Assembly: GCA_032718475.1 (NCBI GenBank)
Contig: JAUCBJ010003086.1
Coordinates: 23,443-87,442, forward strand
Length of the DNA: 64,000 nt
Origin: Nemertoderma westbladi
Taxonomy: Eukaryota > Animalia > Xenacoelomorpha
Direction of reading: 5' to 3'
Within the stretch, counting starts at the first letter, position 1; the number at the start of each line of letters is the position of its first letter. The notes under the pieces were generated by a model. The model was not told the DNA's origin and searched no databases. It saw only the letters and a program-made list of their open reading frames with translations. Positions 36,701 to 48,700 of this stretch are shown piece after piece. The position numbers and the translations under genes were made by a program.

Positions 36701-39700
36701 TTCCCAGCTCCCGTCTCTCTAACTGTTTTAGTTCCCAGCTCCCGTCTCTGTAAATATTTTAGTTTCCAGCTCCCTTCACTATAACTGTTTTAGTTCCCAG
36801 CTCCCGTCTCTCTAACTGTTTTAGTTTCCAGCTCCCTTCACTATAACTGTTTTAGTTCCCAGCTCCCGTCTCTCTAACTGTTTTAGTTCCCAGCTCCCGT
36901 CTCTCTAACTGTTTTAGTTCCCTGCTCCCGTCTCTATAACTGTTTTAGTTCCCAGCTCCCGTCTCTGTAAATATTTTAGTTTCCAGCTCCCTTCACTATA
37001 ACTGTTTTAGTTCCCAGCTCCCGTCTCTCTAACTGTTTTAGTTTACAGCTCCCTTCACTATAACTGTTTTAGTTCCCAGCTCCCGTCTCTATAACTGTTT
37101 TAGTTCCCAGCTCCCGTCTCTCTAACTGTTTTAGTTCCCAGCTCCCGTCTCTATAACTGTTTTAGTTCCCAGCTCCCTTCTCTGTAACTGTTTCAGTTCC
37201 CATCTCCTGTCTCTGTAAATATTTTAGTTCCCAGCTCCCGTCTCTCTATCTGTTTTAGTTCCCAGCTCCCGTCTCTATAACTGTTTTACTTCCCAGCTCC
37301 CGTCTCTATAACTGTTTTAGTTCCCAGCTCCCTTCACTATAACTGTTTTAGTTCCCAGCTCCCGTCTCTCTAACTGTTGTAGTTCCCAGTTCCCGTCTCT
37401 ATCACTGTTTTAGTTCCCAGCTCCCGTCTCTATAACTGTTTTAGTTCCCAGCTCCCGTCTCTCTAACTGTTTTAGTTCCCAGCTCCCGTCTCTATAACTG
37501 TTTTAGTTCCCAGCTCCCTTCTCTGTAACTGTTTCAGTTCCCATCTCCTGTCTCTGTAAATATTTTAGTTCCCAGCTCCCGTCTCTATAACTGTTTTAGT
37601 TTCCAGCTCCCGTCTCTATAACTGTTTTAGTTCCCAGCTCCCGTCTCTCTAACTGTTTTAGTTCCCAGCTCCCGTCTCTCTAACTGTTTTAGTTCCCAGT
37701 TCCCGTCTCTATCACTGTTTTAGTTCCCAGCTCCCGTCTCTATAACTGTTTTAGTTCCCAGCTCCCGTCTCTCTAACTGTTTTAGTTCCCAGCTCCCGTC
37801 TCTATAACTGTTTTAGTTCCCAGCTCCCTTCTCTGTAACTGTTTCAGTTCCCATCTCCTGTCTCTGTAAATATTTTAGTTCCCAGCTCCCGTCTCTATAA
37901 CTGTTTTAGTTTCCAGCTCCCGTCTTTATAACTGTTTTAGTTCCCAGCTCCCGTCTCTCTAACTGTTTTAGTTCCCAGCTCCCGTCTCTCTAACTGTTTT
38001 AGTTCCCAGTTCCCGTCTCTATCACTGTTTTAGTTCCCAGCTCCCGTCTCTATAACTGTTTTAGTTCCCAGCTCCCGTCTCTCTAACTGTTTTAGTTCCC
38101 AGCTCCCGTCTCTGTAACTGTTTTCGTTCCCAGCTCCCGTTTCTATAACTGTTTTAGTTCCCAGCTCCCGTCTCTCTAACTGTTTTAGTTCTCAGCTCCC
38201 GTCTCTCTAACTGTTTTAGTTCCCAGCTCCCGTCTCTATAACTGTTTTAGTTCCCAGCTCTCGTCTCTATAACTGTTTTAGTTCCCAGCTCCCGTCTCTC
38301 TAACTGTTTTAGTTCCCAGCTCCCGTCTCTCTAACTGTTTTAGTTCCCAGTTCCCGTCTCTATCACTGTTTTAGTTCCCAGCTCCCGTCTCTGTAACTGT
38401 TTTCGTTCCCAACTCCCGTTTCTATAACTGTTTTAGTTCCCAGCTCCCGTCTCTGTAACTGTTTTAGTTCCCAGCTCCCGTCTCTATAACTGTTTTAGTT
38501 CCCAGTTCCCGTCTCTGTAACTGTTTTAGTTCCCAGCTCCCGTCTCTCTAACTGTTATGTTCCCAGCTCCCGTCTCTGTAACTGTTATGTTCCCAGCTCC
38601 CGTCTCTGTAACTGTTTTCGTTCCCAACTCCCGTTTCTATAACTGTTTTAGTTCCCAGCTCCCGTCTCTGTAACTGTTTTCGTTCCCAACTCCCGTTTCT
38701 ATAACTGTTTTAGTTCCCAGCTCCCGTCTCTGTAACTGTTTTAGTTCCCAGCTCCCGTCTCTATAACTGTTTTAGTTCCCAGCTCCCGTCTCTCTAACTG
38801 TTATGATCCCAGCTCCCGTCTCTGTAACTGTTTTCGTTCCCAACTCCCGTTTCTATAACTGTTTTAGTTCCCAGCTCCCGTCTCTGTAACTGTTTTCGTT
38901 CCCAACTCCCGTTTCTATAACTGTTTTAGTTCCCAGCTCCCGTCTCTGTAACTGTTTTAGTTCCCAGCTCCCGTCTCTATAACTGTTTTAGTTCCCAGCT
39001 CCCGTCTCTCTAACTGTTATGTTCCCAGCTCCCGTCTCTGTAACTGTTTTTTCCCAGCTCCCGTCTCTATAACTGTTTTAGTTCCCAGCTTTCGTCTCTC
39101 TATCTGTTTTAGTTCCCAGCTCCCATCTCTATAACTGTTTTAGTTCCCAGCTCCCGTCTCTATAACTGTTTTAGTTCCCAGCTCCCGTCTCTATAACTGT
39201 TTTAGTTCCCAGCTCCCGTCTCTCTAACTGTTTTAGTTCCCAGCTCCCGTCTCTATAACTGTTTTAGTTCCCAGCTCCCGTCTCTATAACTGTTTTAGTT
39301 CCCAGCTCCCGTCTCTCTAACTGTTATTTTCCCAGCTCCCGTCTCTATAACTGTTTTAGTTCCCAGCTCCCGTCTCTCTAACTGTTTTAGTTTCCAGCTC
39401 CCGTCTCTCTAACTGTTTTAGTTCCCAGCTCCCGTCTCTATAACTGTTTTAGTTCCCAGCTCCCGTCTCTCTAACTGTTTTAGTTCCCAGCTCCCGTCTC
39501 TATAACTGTTTTAGTTCCCAGCTCCCGTCTCTATAACTGATTTAGTTCCCAGCTCCCGTCTCTATAACTGTTTTAGTTCCCAGCTCCCGTCTCTCTAACT
39601 GTTTTAGTTCCCAGCTCCCGTCTCTATAACTGTTTTAGTTCCCAGCTCCCGTCTCTCTAACTGTTTTAGTTTACAGCTCCCTTCACTATAACTGTTTTAG

Positions 39701-42700
39701 TTCCCAGCTCCCGTCTCTATAACTGTTTTAGTTCCCAGCTCCCGTCTCTCTAACTGTTTTAGTTCCCAGCTCCCGTCTCTATAACTGTTTTAGTTCCCAG
39801 CTCCCTTCTCTGTAACTGTTTCAGTTCCCATCTCCTGTCTCTGTAAATATTTTAGTTCCCAGCTCCCGTCTCTCTAACTGTTTTAGTTCCCAGCTCCCGT
39901 CTCTCTAACTGTTTTAGTTCCCAGTTCCCGTCTCTATAACTGTTTTAGTTCCCAGCTCCCGTCTCTCTAACTGTTATGATCCCAGCTCCCGTCTCTGTAA
40001 CTGTTTTCGTTCCCAACTCCCGTTTCTATAACTGTTTTAGTTCCCAGCTCCCGTCTCTGTAACTGTTTTCGTTCCCAACTCCCGTTTCTATAACTGTTTT
40101 AGTTCCCAGCTCCCGTCTCTGTAACTGTTTTAGTTCCCAGCTCCCGTCTCTATAACTGTTTTAGTTCCCAGCTCCCGTCTCTCTAACTGTTATGTTCCCA
40201 GCTCCCGTCTCTGTAACTGTTTTTTCCCAGCTCCCGTCTCTATAACTGTTTTAGTTCCCAGCTTTCGTCTCTCTATCTGTTTTAGTTCCCAGCTCCCGTC
40301 TCTATAACTGTTTTAGTTCCCAGCTCCCGTCTCTATAACTGTTTTAGTTCCCAGCTCCCGTCTCTATAACTGTTTTAGTTCCCAGCTCCCGTCTCTCTAA
40401 CTGTTTTAGTTCCCAGCTCCCGTCTCTATAACTGTTTTAGTTCCCAGCTCCCGTCTCTATAACTGTTTTAGTTCCCAGCTCCCGTCTCTCTAACTGTTAT
40501 TTTCCCAGCTCCCGTCTCTATAACTGTTTTAGTTCCCAGCTCCCGTCTCTCTAACTGTTTTAGTTTCCAGCTCCCGTCTCTCTAACTGTTTTAGTTCCCA
40601 GCTCCCGTCTCTATAACTGTTTTAGTTCCCAGCTCCCGTCTCTCTAACTGTTTTAGTTCCCAGCTCCCGTCTCTATAACTGTTTTAGTTCCCAGCTCCCG
40701 TCTCTATAACTGATTTAGTTCCCAGCTCCCGTCTCTATAACTGTTTTAGTTCCCAGCTCCCGTCTCTCTAACTGTTTTAGTTCCCAGCTCCCGTCTCTAT
40801 AACTGTTTTAGTTCCCAGCTCCCGTCTCTCTAACTGTTTTAGTTTACAGCTCCCTTCACTATAACTGTTTTAGTTCCCAGCTCCCGTCTCTATAACTGTT
40901 TTAGTTCCCAGCTCCCGTCTCTCTAACTGTTTTAGTTCCCAGCTCCCGTCTCTATAACTGTTTTAGTTCCCAGCTCCCTTCTCTGTAACTGTTTCAGTTC
41001 CCATCTCCTGTCTCTGTAAATATTTTAGTTCCCAGCTCCCGTCTCTCTAACTGTTTTAGTTCCCAGCTCCCGTCTCTCTAACTGTTTTAGTTCCCAGTTC
41101 CCGTCTCTATAACTGTTTTAGTTCCCAGCTCCCTTCTCTGTAACTGTTTCAGTTCCCAGCTCCTGTCTCTGTAAATATTTTAGTTCCCAGCTCCCGTCTC
41201 TATAACTGTTTTAGTTCCCAGCTCCCGTCTCTCTAACTGTTTTAGTTCCCAGCTCCCGTCTCTGTAAATATTTTAGTTTCCAGCTCCCTTCACTATAACT
41301 GTTTTAGTTCCCAGCTCCCGTCTCTCTAACTGTTTTAGTTTCCAGCTCCCTTCACTATAACTGTTTTAGTTCCCAGCTCCCGTCTCTCTAACTGTTTTAG
41401 TTCCCAGCTCCCGTCTCTCTAACTGTTTTAGTTCCCAGCTCCCGTCTCTATAACTGTTTTAGTTCCCAGCTCCCGTCTCTGTAAATATTTTAGTTTCCAG
41501 CTCCCTTCACTATAACTGTTTTAGTTCCCAGCTCCCGTCTCTCTAACTGTTTTAGTTTACAGCTCCCTTCACTATAACTGTTTTAGTTCCCAGCTCCCGT
41601 CTCTATAACTGTTTTAGTTCCCAGCTCCCGTCTCTCTAACTGTTTTAGTTCCCAGCTCCCGTCTCTATAACTGTTTTAGTTCCCAGCTCCCTTCTCTGTA
41701 ACTGTTTCAGTTCCCATCTCCTGTCTCTGTAAATATTTTAGTTCCCAGCTCCCGTCTCTCTAACTGTTTTAGTTCCCAGCTCCCGTCTCTATAACTGTTT
41801 TACTTCCCAGCTCCGGTCTCTATAACTGTTTTAGTTCCCAGCTCCCTTCACTATAACTGTTTTAGTTCCCAGCTCCCGTCTCTCTAACTGTTGTAGTTCC
41901 CAGTTCCCGTCTCTATCACTGTTTTAGTTCCCAGCTCCCGTCTCTATAACTGTTTTAGTTCCCAGCTCCCGTCTCTCTAACTGTTTTAGTTCCCAGCTCC
42001 CGTCTCTATAACTGTTTTAGTTCCCAGCTCCCTTCTCTGTAACTGTTTCAGTTCCCATCTCCTGTCTCTGTAAATATTTTAGTTCCCAGCTCCCGTCTCT
42101 ATAACTGTTTTAGTTTCCAGCTCCCGTCTCTATAACTGTTTTAGTTCCCAGCTCCCGTCTCTCTAACTGTTTTAGTTCCCAGCTCCCGTCTCTCTAACTG
42201 TTTTAGTTCCCAGTTCCCGTCTCTATCACTGTTTTAGTTCCCAGCTCCCGTCTCTATAACTGTTTTAGTTCCCAGCTCCCGTCTCTCTAACTGTTTTAGT
42301 TCCCAGCTCCCGTCTCTATAACTGTTTTAGTTCCCAGCTCCCTTCTCTGTAACTGTTTCAGTTCCCATCTCCTGTCTCTGTAAATATTTTAGTTCCCAGC
42401 TCCCGTCTCTATAACTGTTTTAGTTTCCAGCTCCCGTCTTTATAACTGTTTTAGTTCCCAGCTCCCGTCTCTCTAACTGTTTTAGTTCCCAGCTCCCGTC
42501 TCTCTAACTGTTTTAGTTCCCAGTTCCCGTCTCTATCACTGTTTTAGTTCCCAGCTCCCGTCTCTATAACTGTTTTAGTTCCCAGCTCCCGTCTCTCTAA
42601 CTGTTTTAGTTCCCAGCTCCCGTCTCTGTAACTGTTTTAGTTCCCAGCTCCCGTCTCTGTAACTGTTTTAGTTCCCAGCTCCCGTCTCTATAACTGTTTT

Positions 42701-45700
42701 AGTTCCCAGTTCCCGTCTCTGTAACTGTTTTAGTTCCCAGCTCCCGTCTCTCTAACTGTTATGTTCCCAGCTCCCGTCTCTGTAACTGTTATGTTCCCAG
42801 CTCCCGTCTCTGTAACTGTTTTCGTTCCCAACTCCCGTTTCTATAACTGTTTTAGTTCCCAGCTCCCGTCTCTGTAACTGTTTTCGTTCCCAACTCCCGT
42901 TTCTATAACTGTTTTAGTTCCCAGCTCCCGTCTCTGTAACTGTTTTAGTTCCCAGCTCCCGTCTCTATAACTGTTTTAGTTCCCAGCTCCCGTCTCTCTA
43001 ACTGTTATGATCCCAGCTCCCGTCTCTGTAACTGTTTTCGTTCCCAACTCCCGTTTCTATAACTGTTTTAGTTCCCAGCTCCCGTCTCTGTAACTGTTTT
43101 CGTTCCCAACTCCCGTTTCTATAACTGTTTTAGTTCCCAGCTCCCGTCTCTGTAACTGTTTTAGTTCCCAGCTCCCGTCTCTATAACTGTTTTAGTTCCC
43201 AGCTCCCGTCTCTCTAACTGTTATGTTCCCAGCTCCCGTCTCTGTAACTGTTTTTTCCCAGCTCCCGTCTCTATAACTGTTTTAGTTCCCAGCTTTCGTC
43301 TCTCTATCTGTTTTAGTTCCCAGCTCCCGTCTCTATAACTGTTTTAGTTCCCAGCTCCCGTCTCTATAACTGTTTTAGTTCCCAGCTCTCGTCTCTATAA
43401 CTGTTTTAGTTCCCAGCTCCCGTCTCTCTAACTGTTTTAGTTCCCAGCTCCCGTCTCTATAACTGATTTAGTTCCCAGCTCCCGTCTCTATAACTGTTTT
43501 AGTTCCCAGCTCCCGTCTCTCTAACTGTTTTAGTTCCCAGCTCCCGTCTCTATAACTGTTTTAGTTCCCAGCTCCCGTCTCTCTAACTGTTTTAGTTTAC
43601 AGCTCCCTTCACTATAACTGTTTTAGTTCCCAGCTCCCGTCTCTATAACTGTTTTAGTTCCCAGCTCCCGTCTCTATAACTGTTTTAGTTCCCAGCTCCC
43701 GTCTCTATAACTGTTTTAGTTCCCAGCTCCCTTCTCTGTAACTGTTTCAGTTCCCATCTCCTGTCTCTGTAAATATTTTAGTTCCCAGCTCCCGTCTCTC
43801 TAACTGTTTTAGTTCCCAGCTCCCGTCTCTCTAACTGTTTTAGTTCCCAGCTCCCGTCTCTATAACTGTTTTAGTTCCCAGCTCCCTTCTCTGTAACTGT
43901 TTCAGTTCCCAGCTCCTGTCTCTGTAAATATTTTAGTTCCCAGCTCCCGTCTCTATAACTGTTTTAGTTCCCAGCTCCCGTCTCTCTAACTGTTTTAGTT
44001 CCCAGCTCCCGTCTCTGTAAATATTTTAGTTTCCAGCTCCCTTCACTATAACTGTTTTAGTTCCCAGCTCCCGTCTCTCTAACTGTTTTAGTTTCCAGCT
44101 CCCTTCACTATAACTGTTTTAGTTCCCAGCTCCCGTCTCTCTAACTGTTTTAGTTCCCAGCTCCCGTCTCTCTAACTGTTTTAGTTCCCAGCTCCCGTCT
44201 CTATAACTGTTTTAGTTCCCAGCTCCCGTCTCTGTAAATATTTTAGTTTCCAGCTCCCTTCACTATAACTGTTTTAGTTCCCAGCTCCCGTCTCTCTAAC
44301 TGTTTTAGTTTACAGCTCCCTTCACTATAACTGTTTTAGTTCCCAGCTCCCGTCTCTATAACTGTTTTAGTTCCCAGCTCCCGTCTCTCTAACTGTTTTA
44401 GTTCCCAGCTCCCGTCTCTATAACTGTTTTAGTTCCCAGCTCCCTTCTCTGTAACTGTTTCAGTTCCCATCTCCTGTCTCTGTAAATATTTTAGTTCCCA
44501 GCTCCCGTCTCTCTAACTGTTTTAGTTCCCAGCTCCCGTCTCTATAACTGTTTTACTTCCCAGCTCCCGTCTCTATAACTGTTTTAGTTCCCAGCTCCCG
44601 TCTCTATAACTGTTATGTTCCCAGCTCCCGTCTCTGTAACTGTTTTCGTTCCCAACTCCCGTTTCTATAACTGTTTTAGTTCCCAGCTCCCGTCTCTGTA
44701 ACTGTTTTCGTTCCCAACTCCCGTTTCTATAACTGTTTTAGTTCCCAGCTCCCGTCTCTGTAACTGTTTTAGTTCCCAGCTCCCGTCTCTATAACTGTTT
44801 TAGTTCCCAGCTCCCGTCTCTCTAACTGTTATGATCCCAGCTCCCGTCTCTGTAACTGTTTTCGTTCCCAACTCCCGTTTCTATAACTGTTTTAGTTCCC
44901 AGCTCCCGTCTCTGTAACTGTTTTCGTTCCCAACTCCCGTTTCTATAACTGTTTTAGTTCCCAGCTCCCGTCTCTGTAACTGTTTTAGTTCCCAGCTCCC
45001 GTCTCTATAACTGTTTTAGTTCCCAGCTCCCGTCTCTGTAACTGTTTTTTCCCAGCTCCCGTCTCTATAACTGTTTTAGTTCCCAGCTTTCGTCTCTCTA
45101 TCTGTTTTAGTTCCCAGCTCCCGTCTCTATAACTGTTTTAGTTCCCAGCTCCCGTCTCTATAACTGTTTTAGTTCCCAGCTCCCGTCTCTATAACTGTTT
45201 TAGTTCCCAGCTCCCGTCTCTCTAACTGTTTTAGTTCCCAGCTCCCGTCTCTATAACTGTTTTAGTTCCCAGCTCCCGTCTCTATAACTGTTTTAGTTCC
45301 CAGCTCCCGTCTCTCTAACTGTTATTTTCCCAGCTCCCGTCTCTATAACTGTTTTAGTTCCCAGCTCCCGTCTCTCTAACTGTTTTAGTTCCCAGCTCCC
45401 GTCTCTCTAACTGTTTTAGTTCCCAGCTCCCGTCTCTATAACTGTTTTAGTTCCCAGCTCCCGTCTCTATAACTGTTTTAGTTCCCAGCTCCCGTCTCTC
45501 TAACTGTTTTAGTTCCCAGCTCCCGTCTCTATAACTGTTTTAGTTCCCAGCTCCCGTCTCTATAACTGATTTAGTTCCCAGCTCCCGTCTCTATAACTGT
45601 TTTAGTTCCCAGCTCCCGTCTCTCTAACTGTTTTAGTTCCCAGCTCCCGTCTCTATAACTGTTTTAGTTCCCAGCTCCCGTCTCTGTAACTGTTTTAGTT

Positions 45701-48700
45701 TACAGCTCCCTTCACTATAACTGTTTTAGTTCCCAGCTCCCGTCTCTATAACTGTTTTAGTTCCCAGCTCCCGTCTCTCTAACTGTTTTAGTTCCCAGCT
45801 CCCGTCTCTATAACTGTTTTAGTTCCCAGCTCCCTTCTCTGTAACTGTTTCAGTTCCCATCTCCTGTCTCTGTAAATATTTTAGTTCCCAGCTCCCGTCT
45901 CTCTAACTGTTTTAGTTCCCAGCTCCCGTCTCTATAACTGTTTTACTTCCCAGCTCCCGTCTCTATAACTGTTTTAGTTCCCAGCTCCCTTCACTATAAC
46001 TGTTTTAGTTCCCAGCTCCCGTCTCTCTAACTGTTGTAGTTCCCAGTTCCCGTCTCTATCACTGTTTTAGTTCCCAGCTCCCGTCTCTATAACTGTTTTA
46101 GTTCCCAGCTCCCGTCTCTCTAACTGTTTTAGTTCCCAGCTCCCGTCTCTATAACTGTTTTAGTTCCCAGCTCCCTTCTCTGTAACTGTTTCAGTTCCCA
46201 TCTCCTGTCTCTGTAAATATTTTAGTTCCCAGCTCCCGTCTCTATAACTGTTTTAGTTTCCAGCTCCCGTCTCTATAACTGTTTTAGTTCCCAGCTCCCG
46301 TCTCTCTAACTGTTTTAGTTCCCAGCTCCCGTCTCTCTAACTGTTTTAGTTCCCAGTTCCCGTCTCTATCACTGTTTTAGTTCCCAGCTCCCGTCTCTAT
46401 AACTGTTTTAGTTCCCAGCTCCCGTCTCTCTAACTGTTTTAGTTCCCAGCTCCCGTCTCTATAACTGTTTTAGTTCCCAGCTCCCTTCTCTGTAACTGTT
46501 TCAGTTCCCATCTCCTGTCTCTGTAAATATTTTAGTTCCCAGTTCCCGTCTCTATAACTGTTTTAGTTTCCAGCTCCCGTCTTTATAACTGTTTTAGTTC
46601 CCAGCTCCCGTCTCTCTAACTGTTTTAGTTCCCAGCTCCCGTCTCTCTAACTGATTTAGTTCCCAGTTCCCGTCTCTATCACTGTTTTAGTTCCCAGCTC
46701 CCGTCTCTATAACTGTTTTAGTTCCCAGCTCCCGTCTCTCTAACTGTTTTAGTTCCCAGCTCCCGTCTCTGTAACTGTTTTCGTTCCCAGCTCCCGTTTC
46801 TATAACTGTTTTAGTTCCCAGCTCCCGTCTCTCTAACTGTTTTAGTTCTCAGCTCCCGTCTCTATAACTGTTTTAGTTCCCAGCTCCCGTCTCTATAACT
46901 GTTTTAGTTCCCAGCTCCCGTCTCTATAACTGTTTTAGTTCCCAGCTCCCGTCTCTCTAACTGTTTTAGTTCCCAGCTCCCGTCTCTATAACTGTTTTAG
47001 TTCCCAGCTCCCGTCTCTATAACTGTTTTAGTTCCCAGCTCCCGTCTCTCTAACTGTTATTTTCCCAGCTCCCGTCTCTATAACTGTTTTAGTTCCCAGC
47101 TCCCGTCTCTCTAACTGTTTTAGTTCCCAGCTCCCGTCTCTCTAACTGTTTTAGTTCCCAGCTCCCGTCTCTATAACTGTTTTAGTTCCCAGCTCCCGTC
47201 TCTATAACTGTTTTAGTTCCCAGCTCCCGTCTCTCTAACTGTTTTAGTTCCCAGCTCCCGTCTCTATAACTGTTTTAGTTCCCAGCTCCCGTCTCTATAA
47301 CTGATTTAGTTCCCAGCTCCCGTCTCTATAACTGTTTTAGTTCCCAGCTCCCGTCTCTCTAACTGTTTTAGTTCCCAGCTCCCGTCTCTATAACTGTTTT
47401 AGTTCCCAGCTCCCGTCTCTCTAACTGTTTTAGTTTACAGCTCCCTTCACTATAACTGTTTTAGTTCCCAGCTCCCGTCTCTATAACTGTTTTAGTTCCC
47501 AGCTCCCGTCTCTCTAACTGTTTTAGTTCCCAGCTCCCGTCTCTATAACTGTTTTAGTTCCCAGCTCCCTTCTCTGTAACTGTTTCAGTTCCCATCTCCT
47601 GTCTCTGTAAATATTTTAGTTCCCAGCTCCCGTCTCTCTAACTGTTTTAGTTCCCAGCTCCCGTCTCTATAACTGTTTTACTTCCCAGCTCCCGTCTCTA
47701 TAACTGTTTTAGTTCCCAGCTCCCTTCACTATAACTGTTTTAGTTCCCAGCTCCCGTCTCTCTAACTGTTGTAGTTCCCAGTTCCCGTCTCTATCACTGT
47801 TTTAGTTCCCAGCTCCCGTCTCTATAACTGTTTTAGTTCCCAGCTCCCGTCTCTCTAACTGTTTTAGTTCCCAGCTCCCGTCTCTATAACTGTTTTAGTT
47901 CCCAGCTCCCTTCTCTGTAACTGTTTCAGTTCCCATCTCCTGTCTCTGTAAATATTTTAGTTCCCAGCTCCCGTCTCTATAACTGTTTTAGTTTCCAGCT
48001 CCCGTCTCTATAACTGTTTTAGTTCCCAGCTCCCGTCTCTCTAACTGTTTTAGTTCCCAGCTCCCGTCTCTCTAACTGTTTTAGTTCCCAGTTCCCGTCT
48101 CTATCACTGTTTTAGTTCCCAGCTCCCGTCTCTATAACTGTTTTAGTTCCCAGCTCCCGTCTCTCTAACTGTTTTAGTTCCCAGCTCCCGTCTCTATAAC
48201 TGTTTTAGTTCCCAGCTCCCTTCTCTGTAACTGTTTCAGTTCCCATCTCCTGTCTCTGTAAATATTTTAGTTCCCAGCTCCCGTCTCTATAACTGTTTTA
48301 GTTTCCAGCTCCCGTCTTTATAACTGTTTTAGTTCCCAGCTCCCGTCTCTCTAACTGTTATAGTTCCCAGCTCCCGTCTCTCTAACTGTTTTAGTTCCCA
48401 GTTCCCGTCTCTATCACTGTTTTAGTTCCCAGCTCCCGTCTCTATAACTGTTTTAGTTCCCAGCTCCCGTCTCTCTAACTGTTTTAGTTCCCAGCTCCCG
48501 TCTCTGTAACTGTTTTCGTTCCCAGCTCCCGTTTCTATAACTGTTTTAGTTCCCAGCTCCCGTCTCTCTAACTGTTTTAGTTCTCAGCTCCCGTCTCTCT
48601 AACTGTTTTAGTTCCCAGCTCCCGTCTCTATAACTGTTTTAGTTCCCAGCTCTCGTCTCTATAACTGTTTTAGTTCCCAGCTCCCGTCTCTCTAACTGTT